Shown one piece after another: positions 43,579-54,551 of a stretch of DNA of 64,000 nt. Source of the DNA: Syntrophomonadaceae bacterium (GTDB lineage: Bacteria > Bacillota > Syntrophomonadia > Syntrophomonadales > Syntrophomonadaceae). Where the stretch lies: contig JAVBKS010000034.1 in NCBI GenBank assembly GCA_031553935.1, forward strand, positions 5,034 through 69,033. The letters run 5' to 3'. Numbering within the stretch: position 1 is the stretch's first letter; each line of letters opens with the position of its first letter. The notes beneath the pieces were generated by a model, which worked only from the letters and a program-made list of their open reading frames with translations, was not told the origin of the DNA and did no database searches. Made by a program: the position numbers and the translations under genes.

Positions 43579-44598
43579 TTATTTCGCGAAAAAATCAAAA
43601 GGAGGTCCAAACACTCCAATTTCGGTAATTATCCCGGCGATAAGATTACTCGGTGTTATATCAAATGCCGGATTAAATACCTTAACCTCCGGTATACTAA
43701 TACATTTATCACTTAAATATTTTATTTCGTCTGCATTTCTTTCTTCGATCGGTATTTTGTCGCCATTATCAATACTTCTATCCAATGTCGAAGTTGGTGC
43801 TGCTATATAAAAAGGAATCTGGTGGTAACTAGCCAAAACTGCCAATGTGTACGTCCCGATTTTGTTAGCTGTATCGCCGTTTGCAGCTATTCGGTCGGCA
43901 CCAACTATCACTGCATCAACTTTTTTTTGAGCCATTATATATCCAGCCATACTATCAGTAATAAGGGTCACCGGAATACTATCCCGAATGAGTTCCCAAA
44001 CCGTTAGACGAGCACCTTGAAGCACCGGACGGGTCTCACACGCCCAAACCATTTTAATCTTTCCCTGGCTAAAAGCACTTCTTACCACCCCAAGAGCAGT
44101 CCCATAACCTCCAGTTGCTAAAGCTCCAGCATTGCAGATAGTCAATATCTGACTGGCATTAGCAAGTAGTTCGGCTCCATACTGACCAATAGTGCGATTT
44201 GTATTAATGTCCTCATTAAGTATCATTAATGCTTCTTGAATTAATAGGTCTCCAATTTCAGCAGCCGGTCTGGGCATACTGTCTATGAATACGGTTTCCA
44301 TTCGGCTAAGAGCCCAAAAGAGATTGACAGCAGTTGGTCGAGTTGAAGCTAACTGCTGCTTTTTTTGGGAAAAGAACTCCGGCAACTCAGCCATGTCGCC
44401 TGAATAATTAAGTGTTGCCAGAGCCAGCCCGAAAGCTGCTGCAATACCTATCAGCGGAGCTCCCCTAACCTTTAGAGTTCTTATTGCTTCTGCTACTTCT
44501 TCGGCTGAATCATAGTACTCGTATTCAACCTCATTAGGGAGTCTACTCTGGTTTAACACCTTAATCCGCCGGTCTACATATGATAACGCCGATATCAT
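43579..44598 (-). CDS. mtnA: S-methyl-5-thioribose-1-phosphate isomerase
   Basis: 339 aa, eIF-2B-related family. Supporting motifs are RGAPLIGIAAAFG, TRPVLQGARLT and VGADRIAANGDTANKIGTY. Confidence 0.85.
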   Translation of the reverse strand: MISALSYVDRRIKVLNQSRLPNEVEYEYYDSAEEVAEAIRTLKVRGAPLIGIAAAFGLALATLNYSGDMAELPEFFSQKKQQLASTRPTAVNLFWALSRMETVFIDSMPRPAAEIGDLLIQEALMILNEDINTNRTIGQYGAELLANASQILTICNAGALATGGYGTALGVVRSAFSQGKIKMVWACETRPVLQGARLTVWELIRDSIPVTLITDSMAGYIMAQKKVDAVIVGADRIAANGDTANKIGTYTLAVLASYHQIPFYIAAPTSTLDRSIDNGDKIPIEERNADEIKYLSDKCISIPEVKVFNPAFDITPSNLIAGIITEIGVFGPPFDFFAK

Positions 44599-45386
44599 TT
44601 CATTATTCCGGGATCACTCAGTATTTTCTGACAATCACAGTTCTTACTTTTCTCGATATGTTTTACCGTTTCCATTAATAGTAATCTCAGATCATCCATA
44701 CTGGTCCGCATTACTTCCAATACTTCTCCATGGGTCAAAATACCTGGAGATATGCCGGCCGCAAAATTGGTTACTATAGATATATTGGCATAGCACATTC
44801 CTAATTCTCGTGCTAAAGTAACCTCGGGAACACTAGTCATACCTATCAATTGCCCGCCAAAATTCTTAAACATCTGGATTTCAGCAGCGGTTTCAAATCG
44901 GGGACCCTCAGTGCAGACATATACTCCACCGTTAATAACATCAAAATCCTTTTCTTGTCCCGCCTTCATAATTGCTGACCGTAAGTCAGGACAATAGGGA
45001 ACGGTCATATCACAGTGGATAACTCCATGTTCGCCGCCATCATAGAATGTGAGCGCCCGTGATTTAGTAAAATCAATAAATTGATCTGCTAATACAATTT
45101 GTCCGGGCTTGAATTCGAAATATAGTGATCCAACGGCAGCGGTTGCCAATATATTTTCAACCCCCAACCTTTTTAAGGCTAGAATATTGGCACGATAGTT
45201 TACTAAATGCGGAGGTGTACTATGTTTTATTCCATGACGAGGAATAAAAACTATTTCATGTTCGTTATAATATCCGGTAATAATTGTTACTTGTCCATAG
45301 GGTGTATCTTGCACCTTGGTTTTGGCATGGTCCAAAATTTCCGGTTTATATATACCTGTACCACCTATGATTGCTGTTTTTATCAA
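44595..45386 (-). CDS. mtnP: S-methyl-5-thioadenosine (or methylthioinosine) phosphorylase
   Basis: 263 aa. Supporting motifs are IGGTGIY, FIPRHG and GMTSVPEVTLARELGMCYANISIVTNF. There is a 4-nt ATGA overlap with mtnA. Confidence 0.85.
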   Translation of the reverse strand: MIKTAIIGGTGIYKPEILDHAKTKVQDTPYGQVTIITGYYNEHEIVFIPRHGIKHSTPPHLVNYRANILALKRLGVENILATAAVGSLYFEFKPGQIVLADQFIDFTKSRALTFYDGGEHGVIHCDMTVPYCPDLRSAIMKAGQEKDFDVINGGVYVCTEGPRFETAAEIQMFKNFGGQLIGMTSVPEVTLARELGMCYANISIVTNFAAGISPGILTHGEVLEVMRTSMDDLRLLLMETVKHIEKSKNCDCQKILSDPGIMK

Positions 45387-45425
45387 ACTTATACCTCCTT
45401 ACCGCTCTTTTGGGGTTATGCGAGT

Positions 45426-45725
45426 TTATTCAGAATACACCGTAATTGAACCATCTTCTTGCTCAACCACTCGATTGCCCTCTTCAAGTATATAAACTTT
45501 TTTGTTCTTTTTATCTATGGCAATGTCGCGATTAATAATTGTTGAAACTTCTTCTTTGGTTGCCAGTGTGTTAATCTGCACTCCATTATCGTATAACTGC
45601 AGAGTCAGCTCCCCATTTTCTTTTTTAATCGTTTGATGTTGATGCTTAATATATGGTTTCATGAAAACATACTCATAGCCGCCCTCTACAAACATCATTT
45701 CATTTCCATTAAGAAATATTTTCAT
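45426..45725 (-). CDS. Hypothetical protein
   Basis: 99-aa ORF between pyrE and mtnP. I recognise no family. Confidence 0.4.
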   Translation of the reverse strand: MKIFLNGNEMMFVEGGYEYVFMKPYIKHQHQTIKKENGELTLQLYDNGVQINTLATKEEVSTIINRDIAIDKKNKKVYILEEGNRVVEQEDGSITVYSE

Positions 45726-45757
45726 AAGTGTAGTTTTCCTTGTTAATCTACTTGAAC

Positions 45758-46336
45758 TTACTTGCCGCGGCTTCCCGGCTTTATTGGCGCCCCTTGCCCC
45801 GCTTCACAAAATGGACAATGCTCCGGTTCCCAAGACTCTATATCCATTGTAAGTACGGAAACAAATTTAGTTCCAAAATCAGCTTTTCCTGCGCTTCTAT
45901 CTACTAATACGGCAACCCCAACTACAATTCCGCCGTAATCTTTGACTACATCAATCACTTCTTTTACTGAACCACCGGTGGTAACAACATCCTCAACTAC
46001 CAGAACGCGCTGCCCCGGCTTTATGGTAAATCCTCTGCGCAAACTCATTTTGGAGTCTTCACGCTCTGTAAACATTGAAGGAACCTTTAACTGGCGGGCA
46101 ACTTCATAAGCAACAATAATGCCTCCCATTGCAGGGCCAATAACCAGTTCAACATTATCAGAAGAAAAATGCTCCTTAATATGATGAGCTAGTTTTTCTG
46201 TCGCCTCAGGGTATTGCAATACTTGGGCACACTGCATATAACGGTTACTATGCCGCCCTGAGGTTAACAGGAAATGACCTTCTAACAAAGCTCCGGCATC
46301 ACTGAAAATTTTTACGGTTTCGTTTTTTTCTAACAC
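45758..46336 (-). CDS. pyrE: Orotate phosphoribosyltransferase
   Basis: 192 aa with the PRPP motif VLVVEDVVTTGGS. Confidence 0.9.
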   Translation of the reverse strand: MLEKNETVKIFSDAGALLEGHFLLTSGRHSNRYMQCAQVLQYPEATEKLAHHIKEHFSSDNVELVIGPAMGGIIVAYEVARQLKVPSMFTEREDSKMSLRRGFTIKPGQRVLVVEDVVTTGGSVKEVIDVVKDYGGIVVGVAVLVDRSAGKADFGTKFVSVLTMDIESWEPEHCPFCEAGQGAPIKPGSRGK

Positions 46337-46339
46337 TAG

Positions 46340-47059
46340 CTAAGCCTCCAATTCTTCAATGATTCTTTTGGTAGCCTCTAAAGGATCCTCAGCCTTGATA
46401 ATCGGCCTGCCGATGACCATGTAATCAGCTCCTAAATCTAGGGCTTGCCTTGGCGTAGTGATGCGCTTCTGATCACCGGTTTCTGACCAGGCTGGTCTAA
46501 TTCCTGGGGTAACAATTTTAAAGTCAGGTCCGCAGGCGTCCCTAATTATCTTTATTTCTTGCGGAGAACAGACTACTCCATCTATTCCAGCATGTTGTGC
46601 TTTTCTTGCCCAGGATAGTACCACATCCTTAAGTTCCATGCCTCTTATTAACATATCTTCTTCCAATTGTTTTTGGCTTATACTTGTCAATACGGTAACC
46701 GCCAGTACTTTGGGAGCATTAACCCCAAGTCTGCTGCTTTCATCTTTAACTGCTTGCGCTACCTCATTCATCATTTCTTCACCACCAGCAGCGTGAACAT
46801 TAAAAAACATACAATTTAATCTTGTCATTACTCTGCCGGCTGCAGCCACAGTATTAGGAATATCATGAAACTTAAGATCTACAAACACTCGCCCGTTTAA
46901 ATCATTGATCTGCTGCACTATTTGGGGACCAGCAATATTAAAGAGCTGCATTCCGACTTTAAATGAGCCAATACTGCCAGCCAGTTTTTCCACCATTTGC
47001 AGGGCCTCCTGCGGCGAATCCATATCTAAGGCCAAGATTATTCTGTCTTTAGCATTCAT
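46340..47059 (-). CDS. pyrF: Orotidine 5-phosphate decarboxylase
   Basis: The track ORF runs to 47098. A GGAGA RBS precedes the ATG at 47059 (MNAKDRIILALD). Supporting motifs are FVDLKFHDIPNT and MVIGRPI. Confidence 0.9.
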   Translation of the reverse strand: MNAKDRIILALDMDSPQEALQMVEKLAGSIGSFKVGMQLFNIAGPQIVQQINDLNGRVFVDLKFHDIPNTVAAAGRVMTRLNCMFFNVHAAGGEEMMNEVAQAVKDESSRLGVNAPKVLAVTVLTSISQKQLEEDMLIRGMELKDVVLSWARKAQHAGIDGVVCSPQEIKIIRDACGPDFKIVTPGIRPAWSETGDQKRITTPRQALDLGADYMVIGRPIIKAEDPLEATKRIIEELEA

Positions 47060-47102
47060 AGCATTCTCCATTTCATTGGAACAAAACTCGGTCAACAAAT
47101 AA

Positions 47103-48062
47103 TTATATTTTTAGTACCGCTGCTCCACATATATCACTTAGTTTACTAATTCCATTTTCGATCAAATATTCAGTTATTCCAGAATTTATTCTAACCGCAA
47201 GGTCTGGATGAACAAAGTTGCCGGTGCCTATTGATATTGCGGAAGCTCCGGCCATAATAAATTCCAGGGCATCATTGGTATTCATGATTCCCCCACCGCC
47301 TAAAATTGGAATATCGATCTCCCTATGTACCTGGTAGATCATTCTTAAGGCTACCGGTTTGATTGCCGGCCCAGACAGTCCGCCAAAAATATTGCCTAAG
47401 ACTGGTTTTCTGGCTTTGATATCGATTGCCATGCCCATTAAGGTATTGATCATGGAAACAGCGTCCGCCCCTCCGGCTTGTGCTGCTTGGGCAATCATTA
47501 CGATGTCACTGACATTAGGCGATAATTTAGGGATAACCGGAAGATCGGTTGCATTTTTCACCGTTTGAACAACCTGAAATACCATGTCGGGATCAGTTCC
47601 AAACTGCATGCCGCCCTTTTTAACATTGGGACAGGAAATATTCAGTTCAATGGCAGCAATACCAGTACTTTGTCTAATTTTTTCTGCGATTTCGCCGTAT
47701 TCTTCTAGTGTATTGCCGGCGATATTGGCTACCACAGTCACTTGCCTCTGTAACAAATAGGGCAAATGTACATTAAGAAAAGTGTCAATACCGGGGTTTT
47801 CCAAGCCAATCGAATTCAACATCCCCGAAGCGGTTTCATAAATTCTTGGAGCAGGATTTCCCGGCCTTGGCTCTAAGGTTGTACCCTTGACTATTACTGC
47901 TCCCAGTCTTGATATGTCAACATAGTTTTCATATTCTCTTCCATAGCCAAAAGTACCGGAAGCAACCGCGATCGGGTTTTGCATTCTAAACCTGCCGAGT
48001 CTAACACTTATATCCGGTTTCATGTTATCATTTACGCCTGCACGTCCGGGATTCATTTCCAT
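47103..48062 (-). CDS. pyrD: Dihydroorotate dehydrogenase B, catalytic subunit
   Basis: 319 aa with an AAGGAGG RBS. Supporting motifs are [22 protein letters not shown] and GGGGI. Confidence 0.9.
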   Translation of the reverse strand: MEMNPGRAGVNDNMKPDISVRLGRFRMQNPIAVASGTFGYGREYENYVDISRLGAVIVKGTTLEPRPGNPAPRIYETASGMLNSIGLENPGIDTFLNVHLPYLLQRQVTVVANIAGNTLEEYGEIAEKIRQSTGIAAIELNISCPNVKKGGMQFGTDPDMVFQVVQTVKNATDLPVIPKLSPNVSDIVMIAQAAQAGGADAVSMINTLMGMAIDIKARKPVLGNIFGGLSGPAIKPVALRMIYQVHREIDIPILGGGGIMNTNDALEFIMAGASAISIGTGNFVHPDLAVRINSGITEYLIENGISKLSDICGAAVLKI

Positions 48063-48091
48063 GACGGCAACCTCCTTGAATCATCACCATT

Positions 48092-48895
48092 CTATTTCCG
48101 ATTGGAGAAATCAACTTGTTCAAAAGAAAAAACGGGACCATCTACACATATCTTGGCATGGTTAATATCGTCCGCTCTTAATTTTTTGGCACAACCCAAA
48201 CAAGCACCAACTCCGCATGCCATGTATTCTTCAAAAGACAATTGGCCCGGTATCTCTTTTTTTCTGGCAAAATCAAAAACTTTGGCCATCATCGCCTCCG
48301 GCCCACATGTATAAATGTAATCAATTGCATTTGAGTCTATTTCAGTTTCGAGCAAATCGGTAACCAAACCTTTATAACCCTGACTGCCATCTTGGGTTGC
48401 TGTAATGACCTGGGCATTAAACTCTAATAATTTATCAAGTGCAACCAATCTATCACTATGTAACTCTCCATAAAGGACAGTTATTTGGCATTTGATTTCA
48501 TTTAGTTTTCTAACTAAATAAACCAAGGGGGCAATTCCAATTCCACCGCCTACTAATAATACTCTCACCCCGGCAGGCGGAAGCTTAAAACCGTTTCCTA
48601 AAGGTCCCATTAAGTCTATTCTGGCCCCGGCTTGGATCCTGCTAAGCAAAGCAGTTCCTGTTCCCACAACCTTGTATAGCAGACTAAGCACCCCATCATT
48701 TTGAGCTATATCATGAATACTAATTGGGCGTCTCAATAAAGGTTCATTATCCAAACCGGTTTTTATATGCACAAATTGACCCGGATTGGCTATTTTCGCC
48801 AATTCAGGAAGTATAATATCCATGCGGTATAGATCATGTGTAAGCGCTTTATTCATGCTGACTAAGGAATCTGCAAATAAATGCACTCGTATCAA
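48092..48895 (-). CDS. pyrK: Dihydroorotate dehydrogenase B, electron-transfer subunit
   Basis: 267 aa. It has the FAD/NAD module RRPISI, GGGIGIAP and a C-terminal 2Fe-2S cluster motif CGVGACLGC...C. Confidence 0.85.
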   Translation of the reverse strand: MIRVHLFADSLVSMNKALTHDLYRMDIILPELAKIANPGQFVHIKTGLDNEPLLRRPISIHDIAQNDGVLSLLYKVVGTGTALLSRIQAGARIDLMGPLGNGFKLPPAGVRVLLVGGGIGIAPLVYLVRKLNEIKCQITVLYGELHSDRLVALDKLLEFNAQVITATQDGSQGYKGLVTDLLETEIDSNAIDYIYTCGPEAMMAKVFDFARKKEIPGQLSFEEYMACGVGACLGCAKKLRADDINHAKICVDGPVFSFEQVDFSNRK

Positions 48896-48912
48896 CCTCC
48901 CAAGTGCTATTA

Positions 48913-51900
48913 CTACGAAGTCTTTGCTATAACAAATTCCTGTAAAGACTTTACTTCGTAATGGGCTATATTGTCTCCTTCATCTACTACCTCAACAATA
49001 ACTCTTAAGGTATCTAAAGAAGTCAGACAAGAAACATTATGCTCAACTGCAGCCCTTCTAATTTGAAAGCCATCACTTTCCTGCTTGCGGCCATGGCTTA
49101 AAGTATTAATAATAAAATCAATTTTGCCGGATTGAATTAAGTCAACTATATTAGGAGAACCTTCAGTATACTTTTTGACTATTTCCACTTCCACATCAAG
49201 CGACTTTAACCTGGCAGCTGTTCCTTCAGTTGCTACTAATTTATAACCAAGGTTTGCAAGCTTAACCAATAAGGGTAATGCTTCTTCTTTGTCGCGGTCG
49301 GCAATAGTTGCAACGATTTTAGCACCCTTATTAGGGATTTCGACACCGGCTGCCATCAGTCCTTTAATTAAAGCTTTCTTTAATGAATAATCAATCCCGA
49401 TAACTTCTCCGGTCGATTTCATTTCCGGTCCCAGGTTAATATCTACTTGAATTAGCTTGTTAAAAGAAAAAACCGGTACTTTCACGGCAAAAAATTCTTG
49501 CTTCGGCTGTAATCCATCGCCATAACCCAAATTTTTCAGCTTTTCACCCAACATAATTCTAGTGCCTAAACTCACAATTGGGATCCCGGTTACTTTGCTC
49601 AAAAATGGCACGGTGCGACTTGAGCGCGGGTTAACCTCTAAGACATACAGATCCTTTTGGTACTCGACAAACTGGATGTTAATCATGCCTTTTACTTGTA
49701 ATTCCAGGGCTATTTTTTGGGTATATTCAATAACCTTATTCCTAATTTCATCGCTGAGACTAAAATCCGGATAAACCGCAATACTGTCGCCGGAATGTAT
49801 CCCGGCTCTCTCAATATGCTGCATTATGCCCGGAATCAAGACCCTTTCTCCGTCACAAATGGCATCAACTTCGATCTCTTTGCCCAGCAGATATTTGTCT
49901 ACCAGGACTGGATGGTCTTTATTTATCTTCACTGCGGTTCGCATGTAGGTTTGCAGCTCTTCTTGATTATATACAATCTCCATGGCTCTTCCTCCTAATA
50001 CGTAAGAAGGCCTAACTAAGACGGGATAGCCGATTTCATCAGCTCCGGCAAGTGCGGCTTCAATCGTATACACGCTTCTTCCAGGAGGTCTCAAAATCTG
50101 CAGCTTCTCCAGCATCTCATCAAATCTTTCCCGATCCTCAGCCCTATCAATATTGTCATTTGAGGTGCCGAAAATTTTTACCCCAGCTTTATCTAAAACA
50201 TTAGCCAAATTAATGGCAGTCTGACCGCCAAATTGAACGATTACACCCTGGGGCTGTTCCTCTTCAATAATATTCATGACATCTTCAAAAATCAGCGGCT
50301 CGAAGTACAAACGATCCGATGTGTCGAAATCAGTGCTGACCGTCTCGGGATTATTGTTTACTATAATAGCTTTATATCCGGCATCCCTAATAGCCCAAAT
50401 CGCATGGACCGTGCAGTAATCAAACTCGAGACCCTGGCCGATACGTATAGGTCCGGCGCCAATTACCAGGACTTTTTTATCATTATCATGAGTCGCTTCG
50501 TTTTCTTGCTCATAACAACTATAGTAATAAGGAGTGACGGCATCATATTCTGCCGCACAGGTGTCCACAAGTTTGTAAGTGGGTAAGATTCCTTCTTTTT
50601 TTCTAAGGCTGCGGATCTCTGCTTCATTTGTTCCTCGCAGAGCAGCAATTTCTATGTCTGAGAAGCCCATTTTTTTGGCTGCCTGCAATAATTCAGCATT
50701 CATGGGATTTTTACTGATTATTCTAGAAAAATCTATTATATTTTTGATTTTTTGCAAAAAGTATTTGTCAATTCTAGTTATCTGCCAAATGTCATCCAAT
50801 AGCATATTGCGATTAAAAGCTTCAGCAATAATAAATATTCTCTCGTCATCAGCTTCCTTAAGACGAGTAATTAATTCCTGATCAGAGCTAGTGAGTAATT
50901 CCGGCAAACGCAAGCCATTAATCCCAATTTCAAGAGAGCGGATTGATTTAAGAAAAGCGGCTTCGAAGCTGCGATCAATTGCCATAACTTCTCCGGTAGC
51001 TTTCATCTGGGTCCCCAGGCGGCGGTCTCCGAAAACGAATTTGTCGAATGGCCAGCGCGGAACTTTTAAAACCACATAATCGATCGCCGGCTCAAAACAA
51101 GCAGAAGTTGTGCCAATGATCTCATTAGGTATTTCATCTAAGGTATAACCGATGGCAATCTTAGTGGTAACCCGCGCAATCGGGTATCCAGTCGCTTTCG
51201 AAGCAAGCGCACTTGAGCGGCTAACTCGCGGATTTACTTCGATAACATAATATTTTTTGCTGAAAGGGTCCAAGGCAAATTGAATATTGCACCCTCCCTC
51301 TACCTTAAGTTCTCTTATTATTCTTATGGAAGCGGCATGCAGCATTTGATACTCTTCATCAGTCAGAGTTTGTGCCGGAGCGATTACAATGCTGTCTCCA
51401 GTGTGGATACCCACGGGGTCAAAGTTCTCCATGCTGCATATGGTGATACAATTATCATTGGCATCACGCATGACTTCAAATTCAATTTCTTTAAAACCAG
51501 CAACGCTTTGTTCTAACAGCACTTGCTTTATCGGGCTGCTCAATAAACCTTTAATGGTAGTATTAATCAGCTCTTGTTCATCGTGAGCTGTTCCACCGCC
51601 GGTTCCCCCCATGGTAAATGCCGGTCTAATTATTAATGGATAACCTATACTCTCTGCGAATCGTTTAGCTTCATCGAGACTATGCACAATAGTACTCTCT
51701 GGAATCGGTTCCCCCAGTTTTTGCATGGTTTCTTTGAATAATTCACGGCTTTCAGCTCTCCTAATTGCATCCAGAGTCATTCCCAACAATGGTATTCCGG
51801 TTTCTTCCAGCACTCCGGATTCATCAAGTGCTAATGCTAAATTAAGGCCAATTTGTCCGCCGATATTAGCGATTATTCCATCCGGTTTTTCTTTGATAAG

Positions 51901-52131
51901 TATTTTTTTAAGATTCTCAACTGTTAAAGGCTCGAAATAGACTTGATCGGCGATCTCGGCATCAGTCATTATGGTAGCAGGGTTACTATTAACCAAAACG
52001 ATTTCTAAACCCTCTTCCCTTAATGCTCGGCAAGCCTGAGTTCCTGCATAATCGAATTCAGCAGCTTGACCAATAATAATCGGCCCTGAGCCTATTACCA
52101 GAACTTTTTTTATATCATTTCGCAAAGGCAT
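48913..52131 (-). CDS. carB: Carbamoyl-phosphate synthase large subunit
   Basis: 1072 aa with duplicated ATP-grasp halves ([24 protein letters not shown] / [24 protein letters not shown]). Confidence 0.95.
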   Translation of the reverse strand: MPLRNDIKKVLVIGSGPIIIGQAAEFDYAGTQACRALREEGLEIVLVNSNPATIMTDAEIADQVYFEPLTVENLKKILIKEKPDGIIANIGGQIGLNLALALDESGVLEETGIPLLGMTLDAIRRAESRELFKETMQKLGEPIPESTIVHSLDEAKRFAESIGYPLIIRPAFTMGGTGGGTAHDEQELINTTIKGLLSSPIKQVLLEQSVAGFKEIEFEVMRDANDNCITICSMENFDPVGIHTGDSIVIAPAQTLTDEEYQMLHAASIRIIRELKVEGGCNIQFALDPFSKKYYVIEVNPRVSRSSALASKATGYPIARVTTKIAIGYTLDEIPNEIIGTTSACFEPAIDYVVLKVPRWPFDKFVFGDRRLGTQMKATGEVMAIDRSFEAAFLKSIRSLEIGINGLRLPELLTSSDQELITRLKEADDERIFIIAEAFNRNMLLDDIWQITRIDKYFLQKIKNIIDFSRIISKNPMNAELLQAAKKMGFSDIEIAALRGTNEAEIRSLRKKEGILPTYKLVDTCAAEYDAVTPYYYSCYEQENEATHDNDKKVLVIGAGPIRIGQGLEFDYCTVHAIWAIRDAGYKAIIVNNNPETVSTDFDTSDRLYFEPLIFEDVMNIIEEEQPQGVIVQFGGQTAINLANVLDKAGVKIFGTSNDNIDRAEDRERFDEMLEKLQILRPPGRSVYTIEAALAGADEIGYPVLVRPSYVLGGRAMEIVYNQEELQTYMRTAVKINKDHPVLVDKYLLGKEIEVDAICDGERVLIPGIMQHIERAGIHSGDSIAVYPDFSLSDEIRNKVIEYTQKIALELQVKGMINIQFVEYQKDLYVLEVNPRSSRTVPFLSKVTGIPIVSLGTRIMLGEKLKNLGYGDGLQPKQEFFAVKVPVFSFNKLIQVDINLGPEMKSTGEVIGIDYSLKKALIKGLMAAGVEIPNKGAKIVATIADRDKEEALPLLVKLANLGYKLVATEGTAARLKSLDVEVEIVKKYTEGSPNIVDLIQSGKIDFIINTLSHGRKQESDGFQIRRAAVEHNVSCLTSLDTLRVIVEVVDEGDNIAHYEVKSLQEFVIAKTS

Positions 52132-52158
52132 AAATTTCCCTCCATATTGTCATCGCCA

Positions 52159-53223
52159 TTAAAGATTCTGCACGAATTCATCAAGATAAAACCCGGTTTC
52201 ACTGTAGCCATGATATCCTTCCGGATCAAATTGAACAGATATGATCGGAAAATTCCTGTGCTTAATTCCTTCAATACTATTATCATGAAGACTTCTTAAG
52301 ATAAAATCGGCATCAATGCCCATTAATGAGCTTTCTTCTATGGCATACCCATGATTCTGCGTTGTTATATAAATTCTATTGTTAATCAGATTGCGGACGG
52401 GATGATTAGTACCTCTATGACCATGTGGAAGTTTAAATATTTGAGCTCCTAATGCCAATGCTATTACTTGGTGCCCAAGCCCAACTCCAAATATCGGTAC
52501 CTTTCCCAGCAAGCCTTTGACGGTTTCCTGGATGCTTAGCAGTGCCTGAGGGTCACCGGGGCCGTCGGAAATAAAGACTCCATCCGGCTCTAAATCAAGG
52601 ATTTCTTTGCTGCTGGTCAGGGCAGGAACTGCTACCACTTGACACTTCCTTTTGAGAAAAGAATCAATTGCCGACCTTTTGGTGCCTAAATCCAAAAAGA
52701 CTATTTTTTTGCCTTCCTCGCCAAACTTCATAATATTTCTTCTGGTTACATAAGAAACTAAATCACCAGTTTGGTCTTGGGCTGCTTGTTTCGCTAGTTT
52801 AACTAAATGTTCTATATTATCTATATTTGAGGTGATAATACCTCCTTTTATACCTTTAGTTCTGATAGCACGTGTTAATGCCCTAGTATCAACTTCAGTT
52901 AAAACCGCTATTTCACTGCGGTTTAAAAAGGTAATCATATCTTCTTCCATTTCATAATGGCTGGGAAAATCAGTTGCTTCCCTTAAAACTAATCCCTTAA
53001 CCATGGCTCTAGCTGAGGCAAAACTTTTCTTATTAAAACCTACATTACCTACCAGAGGATAAGTCATAACAACGATTTGTCCCCAAAAAGAAGGATCGGT
53101 AATGATATCCTGGTAGCTAATCATTGCTGTTGTAAATACGACCTCACCACTCGCTTGCAGGCAATCATTAAGTAACTTTCCAGCAAAAATTTGTCCGTTT
53201 TCTAAGACTAAATACCCTTTCAT
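52159..53223 (-). CDS. carA: Carbamoyl-phosphate synthase small (glutaminase) subunit
   Basis: 354 aa. It has the class I glutamine amidotransferase region PIFGVGLGHQ and HGHRGTNHPV. Confidence 0.9.
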   Translation of the reverse strand: MKGYLVLENGQIFAGKLLNDCLQASGEVVFTTAMISYQDIITDPSFWGQIVVMTYPLVGNVGFNKKSFASARAMVKGLVLREATDFPSHYEMEEDMITFLNRSEIAVLTEVDTRALTRAIRTKGIKGGIITSNIDNIEHLVKLAKQAAQDQTGDLVSYVTRRNIMKFGEEGKKIVFLDLGTKRSAIDSFLKRKCQVVAVPALTSSKEILDLEPDGVFISDGPGDPQALLSIQETVKGLLGKVPIFGVGLGHQVIALALGAQIFKLPHGHRGTNHPVRNLINNRIYITTQNHGYAIEESSLMGIDADFILRSLHDNSIEGIKHRNFPIISVQFDPEGYHGYSETGFYLDEFVQNL

Positions 53224-53267
53224 TTCCCCTGCCTTCCCACTGAGAAAAACTCAATATTAATTCTACT

Positions 53268-54551
53268 TTAGATTTTGAGCTCGCCATTGGCGGCAACAAT
53301 GGTTCCATCAACAATTGTCATCACCGGCCAGCCTTGCAGTTGTTGCCCATGAAATGGGCTATTCTTACCTTTAGAATAGAAATTTCCTGTATCAACTGTT
53401 TTGATAAGACGAGGATCAATTATCGTTATATCAGCTTTAGCTCCTTTGGCTAAGCTGCCGCCATCAATATTAAGTATTCGCGCCGGACCCACTGTAAACA
53501 TGGAGATTACGCGCTCCAAACTCAAAACATTTTTGTTGACCAGGTCAAGACACACTGCAACTGCAGTCTCTAGGCCTGAAATTCCGAAACTAGCCAGCTG
53601 GTATTCGCAGTCCTTACTTTCAAGATGATGGGGCGCATGATCAGTTGCAATACAATCAATAGTCCCGTCATTAACGCCAGCTATCAATGCATTTATGTGA
53701 TCCGTTGAACGCAAAGGCGGATTTACTTTGGTATTAGGATCATATGAACCCACTATTTCGTCGCTAAGAGCTAAATGATGCGGTGTTACTTCGCAGGTAA
53801 CAGCTAAGCCATCACCTTTGGCCTTTCTTACCAAGTCTAGCGATTCAGCAGTTGACAAGTGACAGATATGCAGCCTGCCGCCGGTTAGCTTAGCAAGACT
53901 AATCTCACGGCCTACCATTATAGATTCCGCGGCAGCTGGAATAGCCTGAAGTCCGTAAATAGTGGAAAAATATCCTTCATGCATCAAGCCTCCTCGGCTC
54001 AGATCCATTTCCTCACAATGAGATAGAATTGGTAAATCAAACATCTTAGCATAATCCATAGCATTGCGCATTATATTTGCGTGTTTCACCGGTTTGCCAT
54101 CGTCTGAGAGCGCTATACAGCCAGCCGATACTAAGCCGGCTATTTCGCTTAATTCTTCGCCATTAATTCCCTTAGTAATAGATCCGATTGGATAGACCTT
54201 CACCAAAGCGGATTTTTGTGCTCTCTCTTTTACAAAATTTGCAACTACATGGTTGTCAATTGCCGGTTCAGTGTTTGGCATACAGCAAATAGCAGTAAAA
54301 CCTCCAGCAGCAGCAGCCCAGCTACCGGTTGTAATGTCTTCTTTGTATTCAAAACCAGGTTCTCTTAAATGAACATGCATATCAATAAACCCAGGAGCCA
54401 CAATAAGCCCTTCGGCATCAACCACTTCGGCCTTTACTGCTTTACTTTCACCGATTGAACTAATGTAGCCGTCTTCTATCAAAACATCCTGGACTTTATC
54501 GATATTATTGCCAGGATCAATCACTCGACCGTTCTTAATCAACAATTTCAT
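53268..54551 (-). CDS. pyrC: Dihydroorotase
   Basis: 427 aa. Supporting motifs are GFIDMHVHLREPG and ATDHAPH. Confidence 0.9.
   Translation of the reverse strand: MKLLIKNGRVIDPGNNIDKVQDVLIEDGYISSIGESKAVKAEVVDAEGLIVAPGFIDMHVHLREPGFEYKEDITTGSWAAAAGGFTAICCMPNTEPAIDNHVVANFVKERAQKSALVKVYPIGSITKGINGEELSEIAGLVSAGCIALSDDGKPVKHANIMRNAMDYAKMFDLPILSHCEEMDLSRGGLMHEGYFSTIYGLQAIPAAAESIMVGREISLAKLTGGRLHICHLSTAESLDLVRKAKGDGLAVTCEVTPHHLALSDEIVGSYDPNTKVNPPLRSTDHINALIAGVNDGTIDCIATDHAPHHLESKDCEYQLASFGISGLETAVAVCLDLVNKNVLSLERVISMFTVGPARILNIDGGSLAKGAKADITIIDPRLIKTVDTGNFYSKGKNSPFHGQQLQGWPVMTIVDGTIVAANGELKI

Noticed and set aside
48913-52131. Numerous 60-117-aa antisense or off-frame ORFs inside carB, and likewise inside other housekeeping genes such as pyrD, pyrB, pyrR, mtaD and pgpH
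   Set aside because: They are nested within strongly supported conserved CDSs. They have no RBS and no recognisable motifs.
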